This document shows positions 9,561 to 19,455 of a DNA stretch of 64,000 bases, in pieces (within the stretch, counting starts at the first letter, position 1; the number at the start of each line of letters is the position of its first letter). This stretch comes from an uncultured Gammaproteobacteria bacterium (GTDB taxonomy: Bacteria > Pseudomonadota > Gammaproteobacteria > SZUA-229), in NCBI GenBank assembly GCA_963711255.1, contig CAVQDO010000011.1, forward strand, positions 59,051 to 123,050. The letters are read 5' to 3'. A program made the position numbers and the translations under genes. The notes beneath the pieces are model-generated. The model was not told where the DNA came from and searched no databases. It worked only from the letters and a program-made list of their open reading frames with translations.

Positions 9561-11411
9561 TTACAGCGAGATAGCTTTTTTTGGTTCGGTACAAAGCAGT
9601 TCTGTTAAATTATCACCTGGCATAGACTTATAGTAGAAATATCCCTGCATGCCGTGTACGCCTTTCTGTTTGAAATAATCAACCTGGTCCTGAAGTTCGA
9701 CGCCTTCGATGATGCACTTGATGCCGAGTTGTTCGGTCATCACCATAATGGCATTTACAATAGCCTGCGTGTCTTTATTTTCAGGGGAGAAGTCAGTGAT
9801 AAACGATTTATCAATCTTGAGTAGCCAGATCGGCAGTTTGTGTAAATAGGATAAAGAAGAGAAGCCGGTGCCAAAATCATCCAGCAGAAAATCAATATTA
9901 TTTTCATGCAGCTTTTTCATTTTCTCAATGGTGGCATCAATATTATCGAGTAATACATTTTCGGTAAACTCGAGTTTGATAAATTCATTCGGTATAGAGT
10001 AGGAATCTATAATTGAGGTAATGGAGTCGACAAAATCATTCTGGATAAACTGACGTGGACTGACGTTGATACTGATATAAGTGAAAAGGGAAGAGTCGGG
10101 TAGTGCTTCATATAAAGTTTCAGCAAAGGCACAGGCGTGCTGTGTAATCCATTTACTAAGATCAAGTATCAGGTTACTTTCTTCAGCGATAGCAATAAAT
10201 TCATCGGGAGGGATTCTTCCAAGAGTGGGGTTGTTCCAGCGTACCAGTGTTTCTGCACCGATGATTTCATCATCAGTATCAACGATAGGCTGAAACTCGA
10301 TAGTCAGTTCGTTGTTTTTGATGGCTTTACGCAAATGATCTTCTATGATCAGGCGTTTGCTGGCTTCAACATGCATCTCGGGGTTGAAAAATTCGTAACA
10401 GTTTCTACCCTGTTTTTTTGCCCGATACATTGCTGTATCCGCATGTTGCAGTACATTTTCACTATCACTGCCGTCTTCAAAGTTATCCGGATATATTGCG
10501 ATGCCGATGCTAGGTGTTATATGAAGGCTGAATTCACCAATCTCAATTGGTTTTGACAGGGTGTCGATAACACGATTAGCTACTGTCTTTGAAGTGGCAA
10601 TGGCTTCTACTTCTGTATCGCCAATATTGCTTAGAATGTAGACAAACTCATCACCGCCAATTCTGAAAACATTATCACCATGACGCGCCTGGGCTTTTAA
10701 TCTTTGCGCTACCTGGGTTAACAAAATGTCACCGATAGAATGGCCCAGTGAATCATTAACGTTTTTGAAGTTATCAAGGTCGATATACATCAATGCGCCA
10801 TAGTAGTTATAGCGCTGCGAATTTGAGATTTCTCCCGACAGCGAATAGCGAAACTCACGACGATTGGGCAGGTTGGTTAACGGGTCACGTTTGGCCTGTA
10901 ATTCATAGATGCGTTGAGCTTCCTTGTTTACCTGTATTTCACTGTTGAGTACTGCCTGGCGTTCGCAGGTGCTGTAGTGCTCAGCAAGTTTAACAATGAC
11001 CGGTACCATGGCATCTTTTAATGACTCCTGAAATTCACCGCGGTGTTTTTCAAAAATAATTGCACCATGTGTGTCAATAGCAAAGGCGAGTAATTCACCG
11101 TCATCGGGCAGTTCAGATGTATGCGTAGCAACTTCCATATTTTTGATTTGTTGCAGAATCTTTTGCACGCTAGCTGTGCTTTCAATATTGTCAGCATCCT
11201 GTGGAAATGACAGTCTTTGTTGTACTTCTGAACTATCGGGACTATCAGTATCGTAGCCATAGAAATGTATGCTTTTTAAGCCAAGTTTTTTATAGGCCGC
11301 TTCCATGAAGACCTGCATTACTTCTTGCGCATTAAGGCTGCCACCAATTGACAGTAACAATTGATTTTGCAGGGTAACTAACTTAAGCGTATTTAAGTGT
11401 GACTTGGTCAA
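9561..11411 (-). CDS. GGDEF-EAL diguanylate cyclase/phosphodiesterase
   Basis: DPLTNLPNR, DLDNFKNVND, GGDEF, ETLVRW, DDFGTGFSS, KIDKSF. Confidence 0.95.
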   Translation of the reverse strand: MTKSHLNTLKLVTLQNQLLLSIGGSLNAQEVMQVFMEAAYKKLGLKSIHFYGYDTDSPDSSEVQQRLSFPQDADNIESTASVQKILQQIKNMEVATHTSELPDDGELLAFAIDTHGAIIFEKHRGEFQESLKDAMVPVIVKLAEHYSTCERQAVLNSEIQVNKEAQRIYELQAKRDPLTNLPNRREFRYSLSGEISNSQRYNYYGALMYIDLDNFKNVNDSLGHSIGDILLTQVAQRLKAQARHGDNVFRIGGDEFVYILSNIGDTEVEAIATSKTVANRVIDTLSKPIEIGEFSLHITPSIGIAIYPDNFEDGSDSENVLQHADTAMYRAKKQGRNCYEFFNPEMHVEASKRLIIEDHLRKAIKNNELTIEFQPIVDTDDEIIGAETLVRWNNPTLGRIPPDEFIAIAEESNLILDLSKWITQHACAFAETLYEALPDSSLFTYISINVSPRQFIQNDFVDSITSIIDSYSIPNEFIKLEFTENVLLDNIDATIEKMKKLHENNIDFLLDDFGTGFSSLSYLHKLPIWLLKIDKSFITDFSPENKDTQAIVNAIMVMTEQLGIKCIIEGVELQDQVDYFKQKGVHGMQGYFYYKSMPGDNLTELLCTEPKKAISL

Positions 11412-11608
11412 AGAATTGTGCGCCTGGCTACTGATAACTAATTAACTCCGTAAATATTACCTAATTATAGATTAATCTTAATAATCCACGTTATGTCGGC
11501 ACAATTTATTGCATTATTTTTATCAATATAGGAAAAACACTGTTATTACTAAAGTCTTTTGAATAATTGCCGATAACTGGGTAGTCATACTATAGATGGA
11601 GATCTGAC

Positions 11609-11860
11609 ATGGTTACGACGATTAAAAATAATTACTCATTATCGCAAACAGCATTGTCCGGTATACAGAATGGTATGCAGGACTTGCAAAAAAATGCCAG
11701 TCAAATTGCCAGTAAATCCACTATGGAAGGTGAAAACAGTAAGCCGCTTATCGAATCGATAGTCGATATGCGGGCTAATGTCATCCAGGTGAAGGCTTCA
11801 GCAAAGGCGCTTCAGGTAAGCGATAACCTGGTCGGTACTTTGCTTGATATAAAAGTGTAA
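11609..11860 (+). CDS. Small protein resembling flagellar rod/hook N- and C-terminal helices
   Basis: TALSGIQNG...NASQIA and ESIVDM...VKASAKALQVSDNLVGTLLDIKV. Confidence 0.7.
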   Translation: MVTTIKNNYSLSQTALSGIQNGMQDLQKNASQIASKSTMEGENSKPLIESIVDMRANVIQVKASAKALQVSDNLVGTLLDIKV

Positions 11861-11890
11861 GCGATTGTTTTATATAGGATATTTGTTGAA

Positions 11891-11930
11891 ATTACTGGAG
11901 CGGGGAGCGACTGCCACCCGCTCCAGTAAT
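11891..11930. terminator. Hairpin between convergent genes
   Basis: attactggagcggg...cccgctccagtaat, a perfect 14-bp inverted repeat. Confidence 0.75.
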
Positions 11931-11950
11931 CAGTATTAATTACAGCTGAC

Positions 11951-12382
11951 TTACCTGTTTGGCTTTGCGCGCATGCTGTCACTGCGAGCCTTTACTCTTG
12001 TTTGCATCATTTCCTGATGTTTTTGCTGAATTAGACGGCGTTCTTCAGGTGTTTTGGCATTTCTCATCTGTTGTTGATGCTGCATTCTTTCCTGTTCAGT
12101 CATGAGGCCGCCTCTACCCTGCTTACTTCCAGCTGGGCGTTCACGTAAAGTCTGACCACGTGCTTCAGCTCTTGTGCGCATTAATTCATGCTGTTTTTTC
12201 TGAATTTGCTGACGTTCTTCCGCAGTTTTAGCATTCCTCATGCTTTCGCGATGCTGGAGTCTTTCCTGTTCAGTCATCAGCTGCCGACCGCTAACTTCCT
12301 GTTTTTCCTGAGCAAAAGTCGTGCCGCTGAACGCAATTATGGCTGCTGTGCAGGCGGCAAAAATAAATGGTTTGTTAATCAT
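11951..12382 (-). CDS. Exported helical protein with two internal repeats
   Basis: Signal peptide; LMTEQERxQH...MRNAKTxEERxxIQxKxxExM occurs twice. Confidence 0.8.
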   Translation of the reverse strand: MINKPFIFAACTAAIIAFSGTTFAQEKQEVSGRQLMTEQERLQHRESMRNAKTAEERQQIQKKQHELMRTRAEARGQTLRERPAGSKQGRGGLMTEQERMQHQQQMRNAKTPEERRLIQQKHQEMMQTRVKARSDSMRAKPNR

Positions 12383-12687
12383 ATCTAATACCTTAAATAT
12401 AGTGAAAATTGATGTTACTGCTACAGGTACACCACAGCATCAGACGGTAACTGTCTGTATCTGGTCATGTCCAGAACTGAAATTTACAGTATTGCCGGTA
12501 TCCGGTTGTTAACATAGATCAAAAACACGCAGATAAAGGGAGTATTGATTCTTGCTGTTATTAAACGTGTGCGGATGGAAATACCTGGAAAGGGCTGTAC
12601 TATTTTATTCGTGTTGAAAGATATTACTGTTTTTCACTACGAAAAAATCTTAAGCATACTATGCGCAGTTATAGCGGAGAGTTGTAT

Positions 12688-13065
12688 TTATTCGCCAATA
12701 TAATGGTTACGTATTTTCGCTTTTAATTTGTCAATATCTACAGTTACAAAACCATCGACGCAATCTGAAAATTTCGGGTCAACATTAAAATCACTCAATA
12801 TAACGCCATCATGTTCACAGACTTCTGTGTATTGTTTTTTACAAGCTGGGTACAGAATGTCCGAGCGTGTTCATCATGGCTTTAAATTGAACAAAATATA
12901 TTATCTAGTCATCGCCACAAATTTGCCGTTAAAGTTTTTCTTTTTCATCGTCGCTGAGATGGCAGGGTTTTATTGCAGTTACCGGTTTTTCCTCTGTGCC
13001 AAAATATAACGATATTCAGCGATTTGCGGATTATTATGCGGATACCGGTTGCATTGCTGAGTTTG
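12688..13065 (-). pseudogene. Decayed 3' fragment of a GNAT/acyltransferase (putative hemolysin) gene
   Basis: Manual translation: SLYFG...LSDDEKEKL*RQICGDD*...FVQFKAMMNTLGHSVPSL(frameshift)KQYTEVCEHDGVILSDFNVDPKFSDCVDGFVTVDIDKLKAKIRNHYIGE*. Several stops and a frameshift. Confidence 0.7.
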
Positions 13066-13112
13066 ACAGTTAATATGCATTATCTTTGTTATAAACATTC
13101 CGGAGTACTGAT

Positions 13113-14312
13113 ATGTCATTTGAATTTGCTGCCATGCCCGATGAAAAGGGTTATTTCGGTGAATACGGCGGCCAGATAATTCCGCCCGAATTAAAGCAAA
13201 TTATGGATGATATTAATGATGCCTACGACAGGGTTCGACAGACGGAAGAGTTTCAGCAGGAACTGGCCATGCTCAACGAAGACTATACCGGTCGGCCCAG
13301 CCCCATCTACTTCGCCCGTCGATTAAGCGAGCAGTGTGGTGGTGCAAAAATATTTTTTAAACGCGAAGACCTGAACCATACTGGCGCGCATAAAATTAAC
13401 CATTGCCTGGGTGAAGCGCTGCTGGCGAAATACATGGGCAAGACCAAGGTGATTGCTGAAACCGGCGCTGGTCAGCACGGTGTGGCACTGGCTACTGCCT
13501 GTGCCCTGGTTGGTATTGATTGTGAAATTCATATGGGTGAAATCGATATAGAAAAAGAACACCCCAATGTTACCAAAATGAAGATTCTTGGCTGCAAGCT
13601 GGTACCGGTTTCACGCGGAACGCGCACCCTGAAAGATGCAGTAGACAGTGCATTTGAAGAGTACCTGAAAGACCCTGTTAATTTTATATATGCTATAGGC
13701 TCAGTGGTCGGTCCTCATCCATTCCCAAAAATGGTACGCGATTTTCAAAGTGTGGTTGGCCGTGAAGCGCGTGAACAATTCCTGGCAAAACAGGGCAGAC
13801 TGCCTGATATTATTGCCGCCTGCGTTGGTGGTGGTTCAAATGCTATCGGTATATTTACAGCCTTTCTCAACGATGAGAATGTAAAACTGGTCGGTATAGA
13901 ACCGGCGGGTAAGGGGCTGGATACCAACCAGCATGCGGCAACCTTAACCCTGGGAAGTAAAGGCGCTATTCATGGATTTGAATGTTATAACCTGCAGGAT
14001 GGCGAAGGTAATCCGTTGCCCGTTTATTCAATCGCGTCAGGACTTGATTACCCGGGTGTAGGGCCCCAGCACTGTTACCTAAAAGATATTGAACGTGTTC
14101 AGTATGAAACGGCGGATGATAAGGAATGCCTTGATGCATTCATGACCCTGTCGCGGGTAGAAGGCATTATCCCTGCACTTGAAAGCGCCCATGCTGTGGC
14201 TTACGCCATGCGGGCAGCGTCAACCATGTCAAAAGACCAGAGCATACTGGTCAATCTTTCGGGTCGTGGTGATAAAGATGCAGACTTTGTTGCCGATAAA
14301 CTTAAACTGTAA
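13113..14312 (+). CDS. trpB: Tryptophan synthase beta chain, stand-alone copy
   Basis: [51 protein letters not shown]. Confidence 0.95.
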   Translation: MSFEFAAMPDEKGYFGEYGGQIIPPELKQIMDDINDAYDRVRQTEEFQQELAMLNEDYTGRPSPIYFARRLSEQCGGAKIFFKREDLNHTGAHKINHCLGEALLAKYMGKTKVIAETGAGQHGVALATACALVGIDCEIHMGEIDIEKEHPNVTKMKILGCKLVPVSRGTRTLKDAVDSAFEEYLKDPVNFIYAIGSVVGPHPFPKMVRDFQSVVGREAREQFLAKQGRLPDIIAACVGGGSNAIGIFTAFLNDENVKLVGIEPAGKGLDTNQHAATLTLGSKGAIHGFECYNLQDGEGNPLPVYSIASGLDYPGVGPQHCYLKDIERVQYETADDKECLDAFMTLSRVEGIIPALESAHAVAYAMRAASTMSKDQSILVNLSGRGDKDADFVADKLKL

Positions 14313-14355
14313 GTATTGCCTCCGGCTATAAGCTGGCAGGCATTATGACTAGAGT

Positions 14356-14700
14356 ATGTCCATTTCAACATCTAAATTTGATCGTGCAGTATGGCAGGTG
14401 GTTTCTGGCATATCGCCCGCTCGAGTGATGAGTTATGGAGAAGTCGCCCGTAAAGCCGGGTTCCCTCGTCATGCCAGGATGGTTAGCAAAGCCATGTGCC
14501 GCTCACCACAATCTTTGCCGTGGCACCGTGTAGTTCGTTCTGATCGCACGCTGGCGTTCGAGAAAGGAAGTGACGCTTATAAAAAACAACAGGCACTATT
14601 AGAGCATGAAGGTGTATATATTAAAAACGGGATAGTTATCCCGCTTGAATCAGACGAAAATAAAGATTTAGATGAACTGCTCTGGGGGCCGACAGAGTAA
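14356..14700 (+). CDS. Alkyltransferase-like protein (ATL/YbaZ, MGMT family)
   Basis: SYGEVA...ARMV...PWHRVV, with Trp replacing the catalytic Cys. Confidence 0.88.
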   Translation: MSISTSKFDRAVWQVVSGISPARVMSYGEVARKAGFPRHARMVSKAMCRSPQSLPWHRVVRSDRTLAFEKGSDAYKKQQALLEHEGVYIKNGIVIPLESDENKDLDELLWGPTE

Positions 14701-14725
14701 ATTCAACCTGTAGTGGAGAGAAACT

Positions 14726-14989
14726 ATGGATTTTAGCAACATAAAAAATTACAACGAATTGCTAGTACTGGATTATATACAATCAGACGTTGAGCCGCGC
14801 TATTCAGAAAAGTCAGAAGACTTTTTTCTGGATGTAGCCTGTTACGCTTTATCAAAGTTACCTTCCCGGTATATGCGGCATGACATCGATATGGCATTTT
14901 TTATGAATGAAGGTGAACGTACAGCGTTAGAGATAGAGGTTAAAACGGCTGTAGATGACGCAGTAGGACACATCCTGAAAAACCCATAA
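14726..14989 (+). CDS. ComFB-family protein
   Basis: IKNYNELLV...LDVACYALSKLPSRY...AVGHILKNP fits the ComFB pattern. Confidence 0.8.
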   Translation: MDFSNIKNYNELLVLDYIQSDVEPRYSEKSEDFFLDVACYALSKLPSRYMRHDIDMAFFMNEGERTALEIEVKTAVDDAVGHILKNP

Positions 14990-15036
14990 AAAATCAGGAT
15001 AGTGTTTGGTGTTTGATTATAAAGTTAAGCATCATA

Positions 15037-15402
15037 TTATACACTGACGTAAATCTCATTCTGAAAACGAGGCGTGCACAGGGCTAAAAAAACCAGGTCG
15101 TATTCACCCGTATTGGTTATCCGTTGTCGAACTTCCGGCGGAATGATAACGCTATCACCGGCTTTAACTATCTGTGGTTCAAGCTCACCGATTTCAACTT
15201 TTCCAATGCCCTCCAGTATGACATAGCGTTCGCTAACGCCGCGCAGGTAATGCCATTTGGTTGTTTTCCCAGGTTCTACACGCGCCCTTGCTATCGAGAG
15301 TTGCGGGTCATCGGGGCTGTTTGATAATTCTGTTATAAAGCAGCCTTCAGCAAAAAAGTATTCGCTTGAAAGGTCGCAGAATTTAATTTCCGGTTTCATC
15401 AT
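15037..15402 (-). CDS. Cupin-domain protein
   Basis: ARVEPGKTTKWHYL...ERYVILEG...GDSVIIPP...QRITNTG...FLALCTP. Confidence 0.9.
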   Translation of the reverse strand: MMKPEIKFCDLSSEYFFAEGCFITELSNSPDDPQLSIARARVEPGKTTKWHYLRGVSERYVILEGIGKVEIGELEPQIVKAGDSVIIPPEVRQRITNTGEYDLVFLALCTPRFQNEIYVSV

Positions 15403-15588
15403 AATTATCTGCCAGTTGAGCGTAATATAGCCAGTGTTGACATCGACGCAGTTGCCAATAAAAACTCGCGTAAAAAATTGCCATTATACAGTGTTAAAAA
15501 GGCATAATAGCTAGAGACAAGGTGCCTGGCTCTTTGTCAGTTACTTATTTATGATTTTCACAATAATGATTTTAGCTATGGTTAAACG

Positions 15589-15843
15589 ATGAACAGAGTT
15601 GTAAGGCAGCTGATACTTTTACTGATTTCATGTTTTGCGGTAACCGGCTGCCTGACACTGGTGAGTATGCCGGAACAGGTAACCTCATTAAACACTGACT
15701 GTAACCCTGAAGATATGAAAATACTTAATGAAGTCGTTAATCTGAATGGTGAGCAAACGTGGACAGCCAAATGTGGCGGCAGGACTTATAACTGCAGCTA
15801 TTTTCCAGAGGTTGATTCTAGCTGTTACGAAGTGAGTGAGTAA
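15589..15843 (+). CDS. Small Cys-rich putative lipoprotein
   Basis: Lipobox-like VTGC and four further Cys residues. Confidence 0.7.
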   Translation: MNRVVRQLILLLISCFAVTGCLTLVSMPEQVTSLNTDCNPEDMKILNEVVNLNGEQTWTAKCGGRTYNCSYFPEVDSSCYEVSE

Positions 15844-15884
15844 CATCAGGTGCAAATATTTCAAGCAGCATGAACTTCGCTGAC

Positions 15885-15997
15885 ATCAGGTTTCCATGGG
15901 TGAATATGTTGAATACATGAAACAGGCTGGCGTACCGGAGAACTATATTGCACTGCTTCAATATCTGTTTACCTATGTACTGGATGACAGCTATTAA
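15885..15997 (+). pseudogene. Internal fragment of an NmrA-like NAD(P)-binding protein gene
   Basis: Manual translation HQVSMGEYVEYMKQAGVPENYIALLQYLFTYVLDD resembles the YLFxxVLDG region of NmrA-like proteins; no full ORF. Boundaries approximate. Confidence 0.5.
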
Positions 15998-16031
15998 TAC
16001 TACATTACTTACTGTTCTATATTAATTCTGA

Positions 16032-16862
16032 TTAACCATTAATTGCCATTTCTCTCACCAGCATGGCATGTTTTCGCGTTTCACCCCAGCGGTAACCGCC
16101 CAGTGCGCCACTTTGTTGAATGACCCTATGACATGGAATGATGAATGCTACCGGGTTTGCGCCTATAGCAGTTCCGACTGCACGAGCGGCTTTAGGTTTG
16201 TCGATTAAGCGGGCAATTTTTCCATAGCTGGTAATTTCTCCCTGTTTGATATTGAGTAATGCCTGCCAGACATTGATCTGGAAATTTGTACCTTGTACCA
16301 GTAATGATAGCGGTGAAGACGCGGGTGGGTTGCCGTAAAACATATTGTCTATAATTGCTGATGTTTCATTTTCATCTTCAACAAGTTCAGCCTGTGGCCA
16401 TTCCAGTTTCAGGTTTTTTACCAGTGCTGATTTCGTTTCTTTTTCTATAAAAACAAGTTTGCAAATTCCTCTGCTGGTTACTGCTATAAAAGCATTGCCA
16501 TAGGGACTTGCATGGATGCCGTAACGAATCGTTAATCCAAGGCCAGCCTGTTTATACTGTGATGGAGTCACTGCTTCGATATTTATAAAATGGTCATACA
16601 GCCGCGAACTGCTGCTTAAACCAATAGCATCAGAAACCGCCAGTACAGACAGTGAGCTTTCTTTAATTAGCTGTTTCGCATTTTGCAGCGTCAGCACCTG
16701 TAAAAAACGTTTTGGGCTTACCCCCGCCCATCGGCTAAACAGACGCTGAAAATGGAACGGGCTTAAATTTACCTGCGCCGCTATGTCGTCCAGGGTTGGC
16801 TGGCTGCTTACGTTCTTACGAATGTAAGTAATGGCCTTTGCAATTTTATCGTAATCACTCAT
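16032..16862 (-). CDS. Ada-like AraC HTH plus O6-methylguanine-DNA methyltransferase
   Basis: LSPFHFQRLFSRWAGVSPKRFLQ, GTNFQINVW, ARAVGTAIGANPV, and active site PCHRV. Confidence 0.93.
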   Translation of the reverse strand: MSDYDKIAKAITYIRKNVSSQPTLDDIAAQVNLSPFHFQRLFSRWAGVSPKRFLQVLTLQNAKQLIKESSLSVLAVSDAIGLSSSSRLYDHFINIEAVTPSQYKQAGLGLTIRYGIHASPYGNAFIAVTSRGICKLVFIEKETKSALVKNLKLEWPQAELVEDENETSAIIDNMFYGNPPASSPLSLLVQGTNFQINVWQALLNIKQGEITSYGKIARLIDKPKAARAVGTAIGANPVAFIIPCHRVIQQSGALGGYRWGETRKHAMLVREMAING

Positions 16863-17077
16863 CGTGTATATCAGGTCCTGCAAATAGAGGCACCATCAAG
16901 CAGTGATGCGTTAAGCCTCATACACCTCATGCCATGTATATAGCAAGGCTTCGGCCTGAACTAATCTTAACAGCCTTAATAAAAATTTAACGAAGGAATA
17001 AGTAATTTTGGCTCATTAGAATTATGAGTCCTGGATATATAATATTCGAACCGAATCTTGCTGTATTTTCAGATAAT

Positions 17078-17115
17078 AAAAGCCAGCCCCTGCTTTAGCT
17101 AAAGCAGGGGCTGGC
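17078..17115 (-). terminator. Terminator after the BI-1/YccA gene (34-bp perfect palindrome)
   Basis: gccagcccctgctttagctaaagcaggggctggc, followed by a T-run on the minus strand. Confidence 0.75.
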
Positions 17116-17176
17116 AGACCAGAATGGTTTTGTAGTCCGTTGGATTTATTTGCTTCCTGCCTGTGAACTCCAGCCG

Positions 17177-17848
17177 CTACTCATCACCCTGCATAAAGCC
17201 AAGAAGGTGTAACAGGCTGGTGAACAGGTTAAAGATAGACACAAACAAGGTTACGGTAGCCATGATGTAATTGGTTTCACCGCCGTGAATGATGTTGCTG
17301 GTTTCATATAATATGAGTCCAGACATTAACAATACGAACATGGCTGACACTGCCAGCGACAGCACGGGCATGGCGAAGAATATTGAAGCTAAACCAGCGA
17401 GGAAAGCTACCATAATGCCCACCATCAGGAATCCGCCCATAAAGCTGAAATCTTTGCGAGTGGTGAGTGCGTAGCCCGATAATGCAAAGAAGATTGCGCC
17501 GGTACCAGCCATCGCTGTTGTTACAATCTGGCTGCCATTGGTCATCGCCAGGTAGCTGTTAAGGATTGGCCCCAGCGTGTAACCCATAAAACCCGTCAGG
17601 GCAAAAACAAAGACCAGTCCCAGGCCGCTGTCACGAAACTTTGCGGTTGCGAACAACAGGCCGAAATAACCGACGAGCGTCAGCAGCAGACCCGGGTGAG
17701 GAAGGTTTAAACTCATCGAAATACCGGCTGTCAGTGCACTGAATAGCAGTGTCATGGACAGTAGTGAGTAGGTGTTTCGAATCACCTTGTTGGTGTTTAG
17801 AACCGACTCTTGTGTGCGTGTTGCTGTGTTTAGTATTGGACTGTTCAT
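17177..17848 (-). CDS. yccA: Bax inhibitor-1/YccA-family membrane protein
   Basis: NKVIRNTYSLLSMTLLFSA, GYTLGPIL, ILYETSNIIHGGETNYIMAT. Confidence 0.92.
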   Translation of the reverse strand: MNSPILNTATRTQESVLNTNKVIRNTYSLLSMTLLFSALTAGISMSLNLPHPGLLLTLVGYFGLLFATAKFRDSGLGLVFVFALTGFMGYTLGPILNSYLAMTNGSQIVTTAMAGTGAIFFALSGYALTTRKDFSFMGGFLMVGIMVAFLAGLASIFFAMPVLSLAVSAMFVLLMSGLILYETSNIIHGGETNYIMATVTLFVSIFNLFTSLLHLLGFMQGDE

Positions 17849-17873
17849 AATGAATTAACTCCAGTTGATTTAG

Positions 17874-18260
17874 TTAGTGTGTTTCAGTTAAGGCCGTTGC
17901 AGGCTCTTCCATTTCAGTCAGGGGCTGTAGCTGGTGTCGCCTGGCCGAACGGCCGTTATCGCGTTGACGTGTTAGTCGACGTCCTACTGTTCGGCCAGCG
18001 CGGTCAACGGCACGATCGATGGCAAAGTAGAGATCCTCTTCAGTATCTTCTACGACAATATCAGGCAAATGCGGAATTATTACCTGGATGTGACAGCACT
18101 TGTCCTCACCGCCACGCGGTCCGTTAATGTCAGACAGGCGTACCTTTATGCGCTGTATATACTCGTCCCTGGTGCTCAGGGCAAAGCCAAGGCGACGTTT
18201 AACATGGCCACGAAGGGCGTTCGAAAGTGGGAAGTTGCGAGCCTGAATATCAATTTGCAT
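17874..18260 (-). CDS. HPF/RaiA-family ribosome-associated protein
   Basis: MQIDIQARNF...VRLSDINGPRGGEDKCC...DLYFAIDRA. Confidence 0.88.
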   Translation of the reverse strand: MQIDIQARNFPLSNALRGHVKRRLGFALSTRDEYIQRIKVRLSDINGPRGGEDKCCHIQVIIPHLPDIVVEDTEEDLYFAIDRAVDRAGRTVGRRLTRQRDNGRSARRHQLQPLTEMEEPATALTETH

Positions 18261-18352
18261 AAAATTATCCTCTGTAATGTATAAAAACATCGTGAGAAAT
18301 CATACTAAGTATGTTTAAGAAACAATAAAAGTCGAATATAATTGAATATATA

Positions 18353-18367
18353 TTCGAAAATTACGAA
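18353..18367. promoter_or_regulatory. Candidate LysR-type operator (TTCG-N7-CGAA)
   Basis: Dyad ttcgaaaattacgaa between divergent raiA-like and nhaR-like genes; inference only. Confidence 0.4.
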
Positions 18368-18369
18368 GT

Positions 18370-19281
18370 ATGGAAAACGCTATGGTTAACTATAAACATC
18401 TGCATTATTTCTGGGTAGTAGCAAAAGAGGGTGGCATTGCGCGCGCCAGCGAAAGGTTGCACCTGACGCCACAGACTATCAGTGGTCAGTTAAGCCTGCT
18501 GGAAGAGTACCTGGGTATAAGCCTGTTTTCACGCGTTGGGCGAAACCTGGAGATTACTGAAACGGGAAGGCTGGTTTTGAGTTATGCGGATGAAATCTTT
18601 TCGCTTGGCGGTGAACTCGAGGAGTTGGTGCATCAGTTGCCTGCCAGCCTGCCTCAGACAATAAGGATCGGTGTGGTCGATGTTGTGCCCAAGTCCATCG
18701 CGCACCGTATTCTTGAGCCTGCATTAAAAATGCCGGAACCTGTACGAATGATATGCCGGGAATCCAGTCTGGATACGCTGTTAGCAGAGCTATCAGTACA
18801 CCGCCTTGATATAGTTCTGGCAGACCGTCCAATTCCGTCAACCGTCAGTACCAGGGGGTATAGCCATAAACTGGGTGAGTGTGGAGTCAGCTTTTTTGCC
18901 ACTAAAAAACTAAAGAAGAGCTTGAAAGGCGATTTTCCTCAGTGCCTGGATGGTGCGCCACTACTGTTGCCAAGCAGCGGCAATCATCTGCGTTCGGCTA
19001 TAGATCAATGGCTAGACAAGCTTCGCATTTACCCGCGTGTCGTTGCAGAGTTTGATGATAGTGCATTAATGAAGGTTTTTGGACAGGAAAGTGCGGGCAT
19101 ATTTATAGCGCCAGCTGCCATAGAAGCAGAAGTAGAAACGCAATTCCATGCTGTGTGCATTGGCCGTGTCAATGAACTGAAAGAGCGTTTTTATGCTATT
19201 TCTGTAGAGCGCCGTATTTTGCATCCTGTAGTGACCGCTATAATGGAAACGGCGCGCGAATCGCTGTTTGCTGAAAGTTAA
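18370..19281 (+). CDS. nhaR: NhaR-like LysR transcriptional activator
   Basis: NYKHLHYFWVVAKEG...LHLTPQTISGQL, EFDDSALMKVFGQ, FYAISVERRI. Confidence 0.88.
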   Translation: MENAMVNYKHLHYFWVVAKEGGIARASERLHLTPQTISGQLSLLEEYLGISLFSRVGRNLEITETGRLVLSYADEIFSLGGELEELVHQLPASLPQTIRIGVVDVVPKSIAHRILEPALKMPEPVRMICRESSLDTLLAELSVHRLDIVLADRPIPSTVSTRGYSHKLGECGVSFFATKKLKKSLKGDFPQCLDGAPLLLPSSGNHLRSAIDQWLDKLRIYPRVVAEFDDSALMKVFGQESAGIFIAPAAIEAEVETQFHAVCIGRVNELKERFYAISVERRILHPVVTAIMETARESLFAES

Positions 19282-19455
19282 ATAATACATTTATTAGATT
19301 TAATTCGAATGAGTTTATCGATAGCTGGATGTAGCTGTCAGGTTATTATTATGATTTATGTTGTGATGAACTTGTTGCGCTTGCTGAGATAGATTAGCTG
19401 AGTCGATTAAAAAACAACGGCGAAAATTTAATATCCACCTGTTTCGGAGAACACT

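Noticed and set aside
12728-13179. Plus-strand ORFs of 93 and 68 aa
   Set aside because: They are antisense shadows of the minus-strand acyltransferase pseudogene.
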